A stretch of DNA of 35,691 nt from Tubiluchus corallicola (taxonomy: Eukaryota; Animalia; Priapulida): assembly GCA_030141605.1 (NCBI GenBank), contig JAQGDQ010001537.1, positions 1-35,691 on the forward strand, given 5' to 3'. Below the pieces are notes generated by a model. It was given only the letters and a program-made list of their open reading frames with translations. It was not told where the DNA came from and searched no databases. This document shows, in pieces, positions 22,855-33,148 of the stretch (position 1 is the stretch's first letter; each line of letters starts with the position of its first letter). The translations under genes and the position numbers were made by a program.

Positions 22855-25800
22855 ACAATCGAGATAGTTGCACTGAACTCCGTATTACACATTGGAACAT
22901 TAATGCCGTGAAAAATAAACTGGAGATCGAATTTGTTCGCCAAAGTTTATGTAAATCTGATATGATATTCTTAAATGAAATCAAAACTCTGTTGAAGTTC
23001 ACAATGCCTGGGTATAAAACTCTCCGAACTAATCAAGCAGCTGGTCACCGTGGTGGTTGTGCTATACTGATTTCAAATGTGCTAGCCTCTTCGATTCAAT
23101 CGGTCGAATTTGGTTCCGATGTTATTGTGCTACGCCTCAATAATATATCTGGTATTGTTTTTGTATGTGTTTATCTCACGCCATCTGACTCTCATTACCA
23201 CTCACTTGAATGCTTAGCAAAAATCAACGAAGTTATGATGTCCAACCCTCATGATCAATTTGTGATACTTGGTGATTTGAATGCCCGTTTCGGGCCTGCT
23301 ATTAACAAATTTTTACGTAATGTTAGTGACAGTGGTGCACGATATCTTGCTTCCGAGGATTCGATTGGATCCCCGAATGAAAATGCCAAAGTTGTTTATA
23401 ATTCTTTTAACTCTTTAATCGTTGTAAATAACATTCAGTATAAAGGCAGAACATTTAAAAGTAACCTGACGTATAGAAAACGTGAGAATTGGATTTCTGA
23501 ATTAGACTATTGTCTTATTTCTCCTGCACTAATCGATAGTGTTGTCAATTTCACTGTCAATCAAGACTTACGATTACCTTCGAATCATGCCCCTCTGTCT
23601 GTGATTTTTGATATCAACATGTTATCTCGTGGAGCCTTACCTAACAATCTTCTTATCAGATCCGAAGCCTTAGGTGCTCATGCAGCTGAAGTTAAAACTC
23701 CAAACCGCAAACATTGTAGCCGTCAGATCCGTATTGCTGAAACAGACTGTGTCGAATTTCAGAGAGTGATGTCTTCAGTTGAACCTCCTGATGATGTGGA
23801 TGATGTAAATAGTTGTGTTACTGATATTAATAATGTTTTCCGTGATAAACTGATTAGATGTAAAGCTCCGAATCGTCTCATCAATCGTTATCAGCCGACG
23901 GATCGTTGGCGCCGTATGCTCGAGCTCAATGATTCTAAGGAAATATGGAATGCCATAGACTGGAAAGGAAACACGATTGAATTTGAATCTTTTGAATCTC
24001 CAACTAGCGAAGAATTCAAACGTCATTTCGAGGATCTTCTCAACCCAGATCGTGATGGTCCAGAGGACTTATTATCACTGTGCGATGGTCCAAGTATCCC
24101 TATCACAGATGATCCGATCGCTTTCGATGAGTTTGTTTCTGCTGCTTCCGAATGTAAATCAAGTAGTAGTGGTGGACCCTCTGGTATTCCTGGTGCTGTG
24201 TTCAATTTTATCCCAGATAATTGGATTAATTACCTGTGTTTTGTTCTGAATTTCATATTCTTTTCGCGATCTTTCCCGATTCCGTGGTGCTTTAGCCGCC
24301 TTGTTACTATTTTTAAGAGAGGATCTCGTAAGGACTGCGATAATTACCGCGGTTTGTCAATCATGGATTCCCTTGCGAAAATATACGATCGAATTTTGTG
24401 CAAACGTTTAGAGATGTGGTTCAAACCCGATAGGGAGCAGGCTGGTGCCCAAAAGGGTAGATCCTGCATTGAGTGGATTGTGACTCTAAGACTATTAATG
24501 GACTATGCACTGTTTACAAAGAAGAAATTATATATCGTTTTCGTAGACTTCTCGAAAGCTTACGATAGAGTTCCACGTTCTGGTTTGATTAGGGCCTTGA
24601 GAGCTCTTGGCTGTGGTCTTGTGATGCTTTCTGCTCTTGCTGCCATGTATGTGAATACGCAGCTGGTCCTTGGTGCTGCCGTTATTGGTGTTACATTAGG
24701 TGTGAAGCAGGGTTCTCCGTCATCCTGTTTCCTCTTCACACTGTATATTAACCCTCTTATTCGTGAATTAAAGTCTAGATGTGGTCTCGATGGTTTCCTA
24801 GGAAATTTACACTGTTTGATGTTGATGGATGATACAATCTTGTTGTCAACATCTAGAGAAGGTATTATTCAAAAACTCAGTATCCTTATTGAGTTCTGTG
24901 ATCAATCCGGTATGAAGGTGAACTTAAAAAAGACTAAATTTATGGTTATTAATGGCGATGCTGTTGATCGTCTGGACCTCGTAGTGAACCCCCTTACTGT
25001 TAATCACTGTGACTATTACGTTTACCTCGGTGCTGTCTTTAGCTCAACAGGAAAATTTAAACCCGCTCTGGAAAAACACTGCGAAGACAAATATTGTCAC
25101 GTACTGAAGTTCGTGTCATTTGTTTCTAAGAATTCAGCTTATCCTTTTGCAGTTAAGAAGTTAGTTTTAAATGCCGCGCTACTTGCTGCAATTACTTACG
25201 GATGTGAGTCTTGGCTATGCAATGACCTTAATCCTATTCAAGGGATGTATATTAGTGTTATTAAATGTTTACTCGGTGTGCGACGTACAACTGCTAATGA
25301 TTTGTGTCTCATAGAGTTGGGCCTTCCCTCCCTGAATGGTTTTGTGAAGGACAAACAATCTCACTTTTTCAATAAGATTGTTCGCTCAAGAGTGAATATT
25401 CCTGATGATCCGTTTATGATTGTTTACAATTTGTGTCGCGAGTCAAACACCCCATGTGCTCGATATTTGCGTAATATAACTGGATACCGTGGTGATTTTA
25501 TCGATGATGACCTGAATAGAATCAAAGATAGGATCCGCGCTTCTGACCGTACGAAATTTGTCACATACTTACAACTAAACCCTGAACTCTCTATCCATCG
25601 AATTTACTGTGACAATGTTAATGAACTGAAACGGATAAAAACGTCAAGGCTCAGACTTTCCTCACACAACCTTGCCATAGAAACCGGTCGTTGGTCCCGT
25701 ATTGAAAGAGAGCGAAGACTCTGTTCATGTGGACAAATCCAAACAGAACTGCTCGTAATATGTGAATGCCCTGAAACACGTATCTTAAGAAACAATTCCG

Positions 25801-25895
25801 ATTTAATATTTGATGATTTAGTGACTTTTTTCAGCGGAAATCCCGCTGATATTTGTAATTTTGTACACGATGCTCTAACCATTTTTGGTCTCTAA
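22830..25895 (+). CDS. LINE ORF2: APE endonuclease + reverse transcriptase + C-terminal Cys-rich region (1021 codons)
   Basis: APE motifs: HWNIN, LNE, GDLNAR, LDY, SNH. RT motifs: NYRGLS, FVDFSKAYD, GVKQGSPSS, LMDD, YLG. C-terminal RLSSHNLAIETGRW...RLCSCG. Confidence 0.96.
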   Translation: MATNVFFVNNRDSCTELRITHWNINAVKNKLEIEFVRQSLCKSDMIFLNEIKTLLKFTMPGYKTLRTNQAAGHRGGCAILISNVLASSIQSVEFGSDVIVLRLNNISGIVFVCVYLTPSDSHYHSLECLAKINEVMMSNPHDQFVILGDLNARFGPAINKFLRNVSDSGARYLASEDSIGSPNENAKVVYNSFNSLIVVNNIQYKGRTFKSNLTYRKRENWISELDYCLISPALIDSVVNFTVNQDLRLPSNHAPLSVIFDINMLSRGALPNNLLIRSEALGAHAAEVKTPNRKHCSRQIRIAETDCVEFQRVMSSVEPPDDVDDVNSCVTDINNVFRDKLIRCKAPNRLINRYQPTDRWRRMLELNDSKEIWNAIDWKGNTIEFESFESPTSEEFKRHFEDLLNPDRDGPEDLLSLCDGPSIPITDDPIAFDEFVSAASECKSSSSGGPSGIPGAVFNFIPDNWINYLCFVLNFIFFSRSFPIPWCFSRLVTIFKRGSRKDCDNYRGLSIMDSLAKIYDRILCKRLEMWFKPDREQAGAQKGRSCIEWIVTLRLLMDYALFTKKKLYIVFVDFSKAYDRVPRSGLIRALRALGCGLVMLSALAAMYVNTQLVLGAAVIGVTLGVKQGSPSSCFLFTLYINPLIRELKSRCGLDGFLGNLHCLMLMDDTILLSTSREGIIQKLSILIEFCDQSGMKVNLKKTKFMVINGDAVDRLDLVVNPLTVNHCDYYVYLGAVFSSTGKFKPALEKHCEDKYCHVLKFVSFVSKNSAYPFAVKKLVLNAALLAAITYGCESWLCNDLNPIQGMYISVIKCLLGVRRTTANDLCLIELGLPSLNGFVKDKQSHFFNKIVRSRVNIPDDPFMIVYNLCRESNTPCARYLRNITGYRGDFIDDDLNRIKDRIRASDRTKFVTYLQLNPELSIHRIYCDNVNELKRIKTSRLRLSSHNLAIETGRWSRIERERRLCSCGQIQTELLVICECPETRILRNNSDLIFDDLVTFFSGNPADICNFVHDALTIFGL

Positions 25896-26110
25896 TTGTT
25901 ACTACACCATACATTGAGTGATCTATGGACTATGATCAGCCTAAATTTCTTATATGTTGCAACTATCTCGAAACGATTCTTATGACTTTTTGTATATATC
26001 TTTGACCATGGTCAATAAATAAATAATAATAATAAATGTGCAAATTGCGTGGAAGATCATTGCACTTGGGACAAAAACTTCCACGACTACAAGGCAGCAG
26101 AAAGTGGCCT

Positions 26111-26866
26111 AAACACCTAATATGGCTTCCACATCTCAAGGTGCGCAGGCTGATGACACTGTTTAAACACCTAATATGGCTTCGCACAGTCTGATGACAC
26201 TGATCAAACACCTAATATGGCTTCGCACAGGCTGATGACACTGGTCAAACACCTAACATGGCTTCGCACAGGCTGATGACGCTGATCAAACACCTAATAT
26301 GGCTTCGCACAGGCTGATGACGCTGATCAAACACCTAATATGGCTTCGCACAGGCTGATGACACTGATCAAACACCTAATATGGCTTCGCACAGGCTGAT
26401 GACACTGGTCAAACACCTAATATGGCTTCGCACAGGCTGATGACGCTGATCAAACACCTAATATGGCTTCGCACAGGCTGATGACGCTGATCAAACACCT
26501 AATATGGCTTCGCACAGGCTGATGACACTGATCAAACACCTAATATGGCTTCGCACAGGCTGATGATGCTGATCAAACACCTAATATGGCTTCGCACAGG
26601 CTGATGACACTGAACAAACACCTAATATGGCTTCGCACAGGCTGATGACACTGATCAAACACCTAATATGGCTTCGCACAGGCTGATGACACTGATCAAA
26701 CACCTAATATGGCTTCGCACAGGCTGATGACACTGAACAAACACCTAATATGGCTTCGCACAGGCTGATGATGCTGATCAAACACCTAATATGGCTTCGC
26801 ACAGGCTGATGACACTGATCAAACACCTAATATGGCTTCGCACAGGCTGATGACGCTGATCAAACA
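26111..26866. repeat. 41-bp minisatellite, ~18 copies
   Basis: Unit aaacacctaatatggcttcgcacaggctgatgac(a/g)ctgatc; the first unit is 54 bp. Confidence 0.97.
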
Positions 26867-27093
26867 TCTTACAACAGTGATTCCTTACCTGATTTTCTTG
26901 ACACAAACTTGCTGAACATTCAAACCGTAGACAGTCACAATCATAACTCTGTCTGCGAAAATGAATCATTTATTACGAAAAGAAAGCTTTTGAACAGAGA
27001 TTAAATAACGATGCCCCAAAACTTCCCAATTTTGCACTTCAGAACTGTGTCGCTAAACACTAACAAACATCAATTATTCTCTTCACTGCTGGT

Positions 27094-27430
27094 TAGGAGT
27101 AATCGAACCGAACTTCAGTGTTTCGAATTCGAATTGAGATTGAAAGATTTTCGAACAAGTTTTCGAACCACCATAAAAAATTAGTCTTACAAAAATCATG
27201 CATATCACTAGATTTTGTTCTGCAATAAAACGACTAGTAATTTGTTTAAAATTGTGCGCAGAAATCACAGCTAAATTATGCTAATTGCATGATGTTTGAA
27301 TCGTTTTAGTGATAAAGAACACGTGTGATTGAAGTGCTGAATTATGCGAATCTATAGTTTTGGATTCGAATCGAGTTCGAACTGAAAAAACTCGTTTGAA
27401 TCGAATTCGAGCATTCGATGCTCACCCCTA
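27094..27430. mobile_element. hAT-type MITE with TAGG termini, 337 bp
   Basis: Perfect 8-bp TSD ctgctggt (27086-27093, 27431-27438); ends tagg.../...ccta; clustered ttcgaa/tcgaa subterminal motifs at both ends. Confidence 0.8.
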
Positions 27431-27499
27431 CTGCTGGTGGACATTGAAAAATCCGTAAAACGTAGCAATTTCAGGGACAAAGTTTCCGGTAAAACAATA

Positions 27500-27780
27500 A
27501 CTATTGTTTGTATTGTTAGCATTAATTGTTTTTATAAGTGAATATTGTTTCAGTTGTGAACTATTTCTCTGTCTGTACCATGCATGTGTTTGCACCATCT
27601 CGGGGGGAGGGCGGGGGGAGTCTCGAAAGCTCACGCTCATACTCTCCTCGGGACCGATTTGTATAATTTTCAAACCATTTCTGTTTTTATTATTGTATTG
27701 TTATTATCATTATGTAAATAGTTTAATAATTTGCGATTTATAAATTAACCAAATAAAAAATACTGAATTGAACTGAATTT
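27500..27780 (+). mobile_element. Probable isolated 3' end of an L2/CR1-group LINE
   Basis: GC-rich hairpin-like block (ggggagtctcgaaagc...ctctcctc), T-rich tract, aataaa, then a tgaattgaactgaatt tail. Left boundary is uncertain. Confidence 0.4.
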
Positions 27781-27866
27781 AAAAAGTGCTGCTGCAGTTT
27801 ACTTAGCATCAGGTTCGAAAAAAATTTAGTAATTCTTTTCCATATTTCATTATTTTCATTAATGTT

Positions 27867-28484
27867 CAGTGGCCTAGCTAATAGGGGAGGCAAGGCAAGC
27901 GATCGCTCCTCAGTGGCCTAGCTAATGGGGGAGGCAAGGTGAGCGATCGCTCTTCCGGGGCCTAGCTAATAGGGGAGGCAAGGTGAGCGATCGCTCTTCC
28001 GGGGCCTAGCTAATAGGGGAGGCAAGGTGAGTGATCGCTCCTCCGAGGCCTAGCTAATAGGGGAGGCAAGGTGAGCAATCGCTCCTCCGAGGCCTAGCCA
28101 ATAGGGGAGGCAAGGTGAGCGATCGCTCTTCCGAGGCCTAGCTAATAGGGGAGGCAAGGTGAGCGATTGCTCTTCCGAGGCCTAGCTAATAGGGGAGACA
28201 AGGTGAGCGATCGCTCTTCCGAGGCCTAGCTAATGGGGGAGGCAAGGTGAGCGATTGCTCCTCCGAGGCCTAGCTAATAGGGGAGGCAAGGTGAGCGATC
28301 GCTCCTCCGAGGCCTAGCTAATAGGGGAGGCAAGGTGAGCGATCACTCCTCCGAGGCCTAACTAATAGGGGAGGCAAGCTGAGCGATTGCTCCTCCGAGG
28401 CCTAACTACTAGGGGAGGCAAGGTGAGCGATCGCTCCTCCGAGTCCTGGCTAATTGGGAAGGCAAGGCAAGCGATCGCTCCTCC
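27867..28484. repeat. 44-bp GC-rich minisatellite, 14 copies
   Basis: Unit gaggcctagctaataggggaggcaaggtgagcgatcgctcctcc; contains the palindrome gagcgatcgctc. Confidence 0.96.
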
Positions 28485-28725
28485 AAGGAGATTTGTCAAA
28501 ACTGGCACCTTATCAACATCCTATTTTATCACTTTATATGATGAACCTGCCCTTGTCTTTTTGAAATGCCCCCCCCCCCGAGCTTTTCAAGGTTGACCGA
28601 TTTGACCAAGAATCAATATTCTTGTCACAAGCTCATAAAGAAAGGTATAATTGGGGTGGCTTTTTTATGTGTTTGCCTACCCTCTTAGCTAGGTTAATAA
28701 TAGTGCATACATAAACAATGCTTAC

Positions 28726-28801
28726 TTGAGAGAAGCCAGTGTGTCCAGCATAATCTCCATTTAGTACAAGATTGTTTACTGTCCTTGTCACCCAAAATGA
28801 C
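28726..28801 (-). CDS. Polycystin-1-like gene, 76-nt exon
   Basis: gatttacAG|G SFWVTRTVNNLVLNGDYAGHTGFSQ|GTaagc, phase 2-0. It bridges ...YRFRDER and IKDVDSMWDY. Confidence 0.85.
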
Positions 28802-28827
28802 CTGTAAATCAAGCTAAGATAATACAA

Positions 28828-30656
28828 AATGTACATACTTGGAGTGCATATAACATGAGTTAATGAGAGGGCAATATCTACATACTTGGAGTGTATATAA
28901 CATGAGTTATTGAGAGGGCAATATGTACATACTTGGAGTGTATATAACATGAGTTAATGAGAGGGCAATATGTACATACTTGGAGTGTATATAACATGAG
29001 TTAATGAGAGGGTATTATGTACATACTTGGAGTGTATATAACATGAGTTAATAAGAGGGCAATATGTACATACTTAAAGTGTATATAACATGAGTTATTG
29101 AGAGGGCAATATGTACATACTAGGAGTGTATATAACATGAGTTAATGAGAGGGCAATATGTACATATTTAAAGTGTATATAACATGAGTTAATGAGAGGG
29201 CAATATGTACATATTTAAAGTGTATATAACATGAGTTATTGAGAGGGCAATATGTACATACTTGGAGTGTATATAACATGAGTTAATGAGAGGGCAATAT
29301 GTACATACTTGGAGTGTATATAACATGAGTTAATGAGAGGGTATTATGTACATACTTGGAGTGTATATAACATGAGTTAATAAGAGGGCAATATGTACAT
29401 ACTTAAAGTGTATATAACATGAGTTATTGAGAGGGCAATATGTACATACTAGGAGTGTATATAACATGAGTTAAAGAGAGGGTAATATGTACATACTTAA
29501 AGTGTATATAACATGAGTTAATGAGAAAGTAATATGTACATACTTAAAGTGTATATAACATGAGTTAATGAGAGGGTAATATGTACATACTTGGAGTGTA
29601 TATAACATGAGTTAATGAGAGGGTATTATGTACATACTTGGAGTGTATATAACATGAGTTAATGAGAGGGTAATATGTACATACTTGGAGTGTATATAAC
29701 ATGAGTTAATGAGAGGGTAATATGTACATACTTGGAGTGTATATAACATGAGTTAATGAGAGGGTAATATGTACATACTTAAAGTGTATATAATATGAGT
29801 TAATGAGAGGGTAATATGTACATACTTGGAGTGTATATAACATGAGTTAATGAGAGGGTAATAAGTACATACTTAAAGTGTATATAACATGAGTTAATGA
29901 GAGGGTAATATGTACATACTTGGAGTGTATATAACATGGGTTAATGAGAGGGTAATATGTACATACTTGGAGTGTATATAACATGGGTTAATGAGAGGGT
30001 AATATGTACATACTTAAAGTGTATATAACATGAGTTAATGAGAAAGTATTATGTACATACTTGGAGTGTATATAACATGAGTTAATGAGAGGGTAATATG
30101 TACATACTTAAAGTGTATATAACATGAGTTAATGAGAGGGTAATATGTACATACTTGGAGTGTATATAACATGAGTTAATGAGAGGGCAATATGTACGTA
30201 CTTGGAGTGTATATAACATGAGTTAATGAGAGGGTAATATGTACATACTTGGAGTGTATATAACATGGGTTAATGAGAGGGTAATATGTACATACTTAAA
30301 GTGTATATAACATGAGTTAATGAGAGGGTAATATGTACATACTTGGAGTGTATATAACATGAGTTAATGAGAGGGTAATAAGTACATACTTGGAGTGTAT
30401 ATAACATGAGTTAATGAGAGGGTAATATGTACATACTTGGAGTGTATATAACATGAGTTAATGAGAGGGTAATAAGTACATACTTGGAGTGTATATAACA
30501 TGAGTTAATGAGAGGGTAATATGTACATACTTAAAGTGTATATAATATGAGTTAATGAGAGGGTAATATGTACATACTTAAAGTGTATATAACATGAGTT
30601 AATGAGAGGGTAATATGTACATACTTGGAGTGTATATAACATGAGTTAATGAGAGG
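28828..30656. repeat. 47-bp minisatellite, ~39 copies
   Basis: Unit atgtacatacttggagtgtatataacatgagttaatgagaggg(c/t)aat. Confidence 0.97.
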
Positions 30657-31004
30657 AAAACAACAAAAAAAAAAAAAACAAAAAAAAAGAAAGCAATATG
30701 TATGTAAAAGGGAAGGAGAGGGAATTCTTATTATTATTTATTTTGTTTTATTTTACATTTACTTCAGTACATAAAAAACAACCCTAGAATAATAAACAAA
30801 ATATAGTTAAAAATAACAATTAAAAATACTACTACAATTGAAATAAAATAAATATTTACACACAAATAACAGAGAATTAATAAGCTAAATGTGTAAAAAA
30901 AGGGTTAGTAAGTGTGTATTCCCAAATATACTCAAAGTTAAAATGGTGTCTGTATTATGAAAAAAGTGCGAATGATTTCATTGCTTCAATTTAAAACTCA
31001 CTGA

Positions 31005-31797
31005 TGATCAACTATGGCAGTGGCGATGATGACTAATGGCAATGACAACTATGGCAGTGGCGATGATGACTAATGGCAATGACAACAATGGCAGTGGCGA
31101 TGATGACTAATGGCAATGACAACTATGGCAGTGGCGATGATGACTAATGGCAATGACAACTATGGCAGTGGCGATGATGACTAATGGCAATGACAACAAT
31201 GGCAGTGGTAATGATGACTAACAGCAATGACAACAATGGCAGTGGCAATGATGACTAATGGCAATGACAACTATGGCAGTGGCGATGATGACTAACGGCA
31301 ATGACAACAATGGCAGTGGTGATGATGACTAACAGCAATGACAACAATGGCAGTGGCGATGATGACTAATGGCAATGACAACTATGGCAGTGGCGATGAT
31401 GACTAACGGCAATGACAACAATGGCAGTGACGATGATGACTAACGGCAATGACAACTATGGCACTGGCGATGATGACTAACGGCAATGACAACAATGGCA
31501 CTGGCGATGATGACTAACGGCAATGACAACAATGGCAGTGGCAATGATGACTAACGGCAATGACAACAATGGCATTGGTGATGATGACTAACGGCAATGA
31601 CAACAATGGCAGTGACGATGATGACTAACGGCAATGACAACAATGGCAGTGGCGATGATGACTAACAGCAATGACAACAATGGCAGTGACGATGATGACT
31701 AACGGCAATGACAACAATGGCATTGGTGATGATGACTAACAGCAATGACAACAATGGCAGTGACGATGATGACTAACGGCAATGACAACAATGGCAT
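31005..31797. repeat. 37-bp minisatellite, ~21 copies
   Basis: Unit atgacaac(t/a)atggcagtggcgatgatgactaa(t/c)ggca. Confidence 0.96.
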
Positions 31798-31871
31798 GTC
31801 AAGATATGCATGTTAATCAACATGTGTTAATTCCAGCTAGCAAGCCTCTTATAAATAATCTTGCTACTTGC

Positions 31872-32051
31872 CTTTCATCACGAAATCGATAGACGATGTT
31901 GGAAAGAAAGATGATGAAAAGAAGGAAGAGAATTAAGTCCCAGGTGGCGTCAGTCATCACTTGTCGGTGTTTCCGATGCTCTCTCGCCCTCAGTATCTGC
32001 TCCGTGGTCGGAGGAATGAACGTGTGCTGACTGCGACGCTTCATTACGGTA
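31872..32051 (-). CDS. Polycystin-1-like gene exon (pre-S1 helix and first channel helix); GC donor
   Basis: tgtttcAG|T TVMKRR...FIPPTTEQILRAREHRKHRQVM...LILFLLFIIFLSNIVYRFRDE-AG|GCaagt, 180 nt, phase 2-2. Confidence 0.9.
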
Positions 32052-32289
32052 CTGAAACATGCAAAAATGAGGAGCAAATTCTAGCTGCAGAAATATGACT
32101 CAACTAGGATTAACTGACTGGCTTCTTTGTGCAAAATCAGAGGTTACAAAGTCAGAAATGTAATTGAACAATTTGAAAAAAACTGAATTAATTTATTTTT
32201 ATTTAAAACGTTCCAAATCAAGACATTTCTCTTCGGCATTTTAAAAGTTTAAAATGTTTGGTCTTTTTGAAGAAAGGAACTGAAAAATC

Positions 32290-32362
32290 GGGTGTCAACC
32301 AAGATTTGAACCCAAAACTTCAGCTCTCATGACACATGTCCTACCATTTGAACTACTGGCTC
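32290..32362 (-). mobile_element. Degenerate tRNA-derived SINE head or tRNA pseudogene
   Basis: Minus strand gagccagTAGTTCAAATGGtagg...ttgGGTTCAAATCttgg has A-box and B-box-like motifs at tRNA spacing; no intact acceptor stem. Confidence 0.5.
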
Positions 32363-32500
32363 AACATGACAAAGCTGGTCAGAAATTTCTTTCTAGAAGT
32401 GCTCAATCTGTCAGAGCCTCTGATCTGTTACTATATTCTGAAACATGAGTACTGTTTGAACACATTTAACATTGGGAGTCGACTTATAAGCATCTGCACC

Positions 32501-32606
32501 CAGGGCCGGCCTTAAGCATAGGCAAACTAGGCAACCGCCTACGGCCTCACCCTCCAGGGTGCCTCACGCCGAGGTAACTTTTTTTTGCTTTATGCGAACA
32601 TACTGC

Positions 32607-32682
<76 letters not shown>

Positions 32683-32790
32683 CCCCCTCTCTCTCTCTCT
32701 CTCTCCCTCTCTTTCCCCCCTCTCTCTCTCTCTCTCTCTCCACCAAATTCACTTCGCCTAGGGCCTCCAATTACCTAAGGCGCGGCCCTG
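32501..32790. mobile_element. hAT-type MITE, 290 bp, with internal (CT)n microsatellite
   Basis: Perfect 8-bp TSD tctgcacc (32493-32500, 32791-32798); imperfect TIR cagggccggcctta / taaggcgcggccctg; (CT)n at ~32610-32740. Confidence 0.9.
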
Positions 32791-32971
32791 TCTGCACCTC
32801 TTGATAAGGCATCGAGAACGCACATTTAAGAGAGACATCAATACTTACAGCAATTAGCAAGCAATCAACACACATACACAACTTTTGCAACATTTGCTTT
32901 GTGAGAAAATTGCACTATGAACAAAAACGTGGCATCAATATAAATAAACAATTTTGAGTTAGTATGCGACT

Positions 32972-33148
32972 TTGATCCTGTGATATGCAAGCCTTGAAGT
33001 TCAGTTTAGTTTTGTTTATTTCCAGAAAGATTGATCCTGTGATATGCAAGCCTTGAAGTTCAGTTTAGTTTTGTTTATTTCCAGAAAGATTGATCCTGTG
33101 ATATGCAAGCCTTGAAGTTCAGTTTAGTTTTGTTTATTTCCAGAAAGC
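32972..33148. repeat. 59-bp unit, 3 identical tandem copies
   Basis: ttgatcctgtgatatgcaagcc...ttccagaaag starts at 32972, 33031 and 33090. Confidence 0.95.

Larger units (their letters stand above)
22228..26037 (+). mobile_element. Young non-LTR retrotransposon (CR1/L2 group, Daphne/Crack-like), probably 5'-truncated within ORF1, antisense in a polycystin intron
   Basis: ORF1 + uninterrupted ORF2 + ~120-nt 3'UTR + aataaataaataataataataaat tail; no clear TSD. The 5' boundary is approximate. Confidence 0.92.

Noticed and set aside
22200-26050. Target-site duplication around the young LINE
   Set aside because: gtgatgcaattgc versus gtgcaaattgc is only loosely similar and not at the boundary; CR1/L2-group insertions often lack TSDs.
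26111-26866. Hammerhead ribozyme/retrozyme array (CTGATGA in each unit)
   Set aside because: The core needs GAAA after stem II and a stem III with a UH site; units have caaa/gaac and no such stem.
32559-32804. SLSLSL / ERERER ORFs
   Set aside because: Translations of the (CT)n microsatellite inside a MITE.
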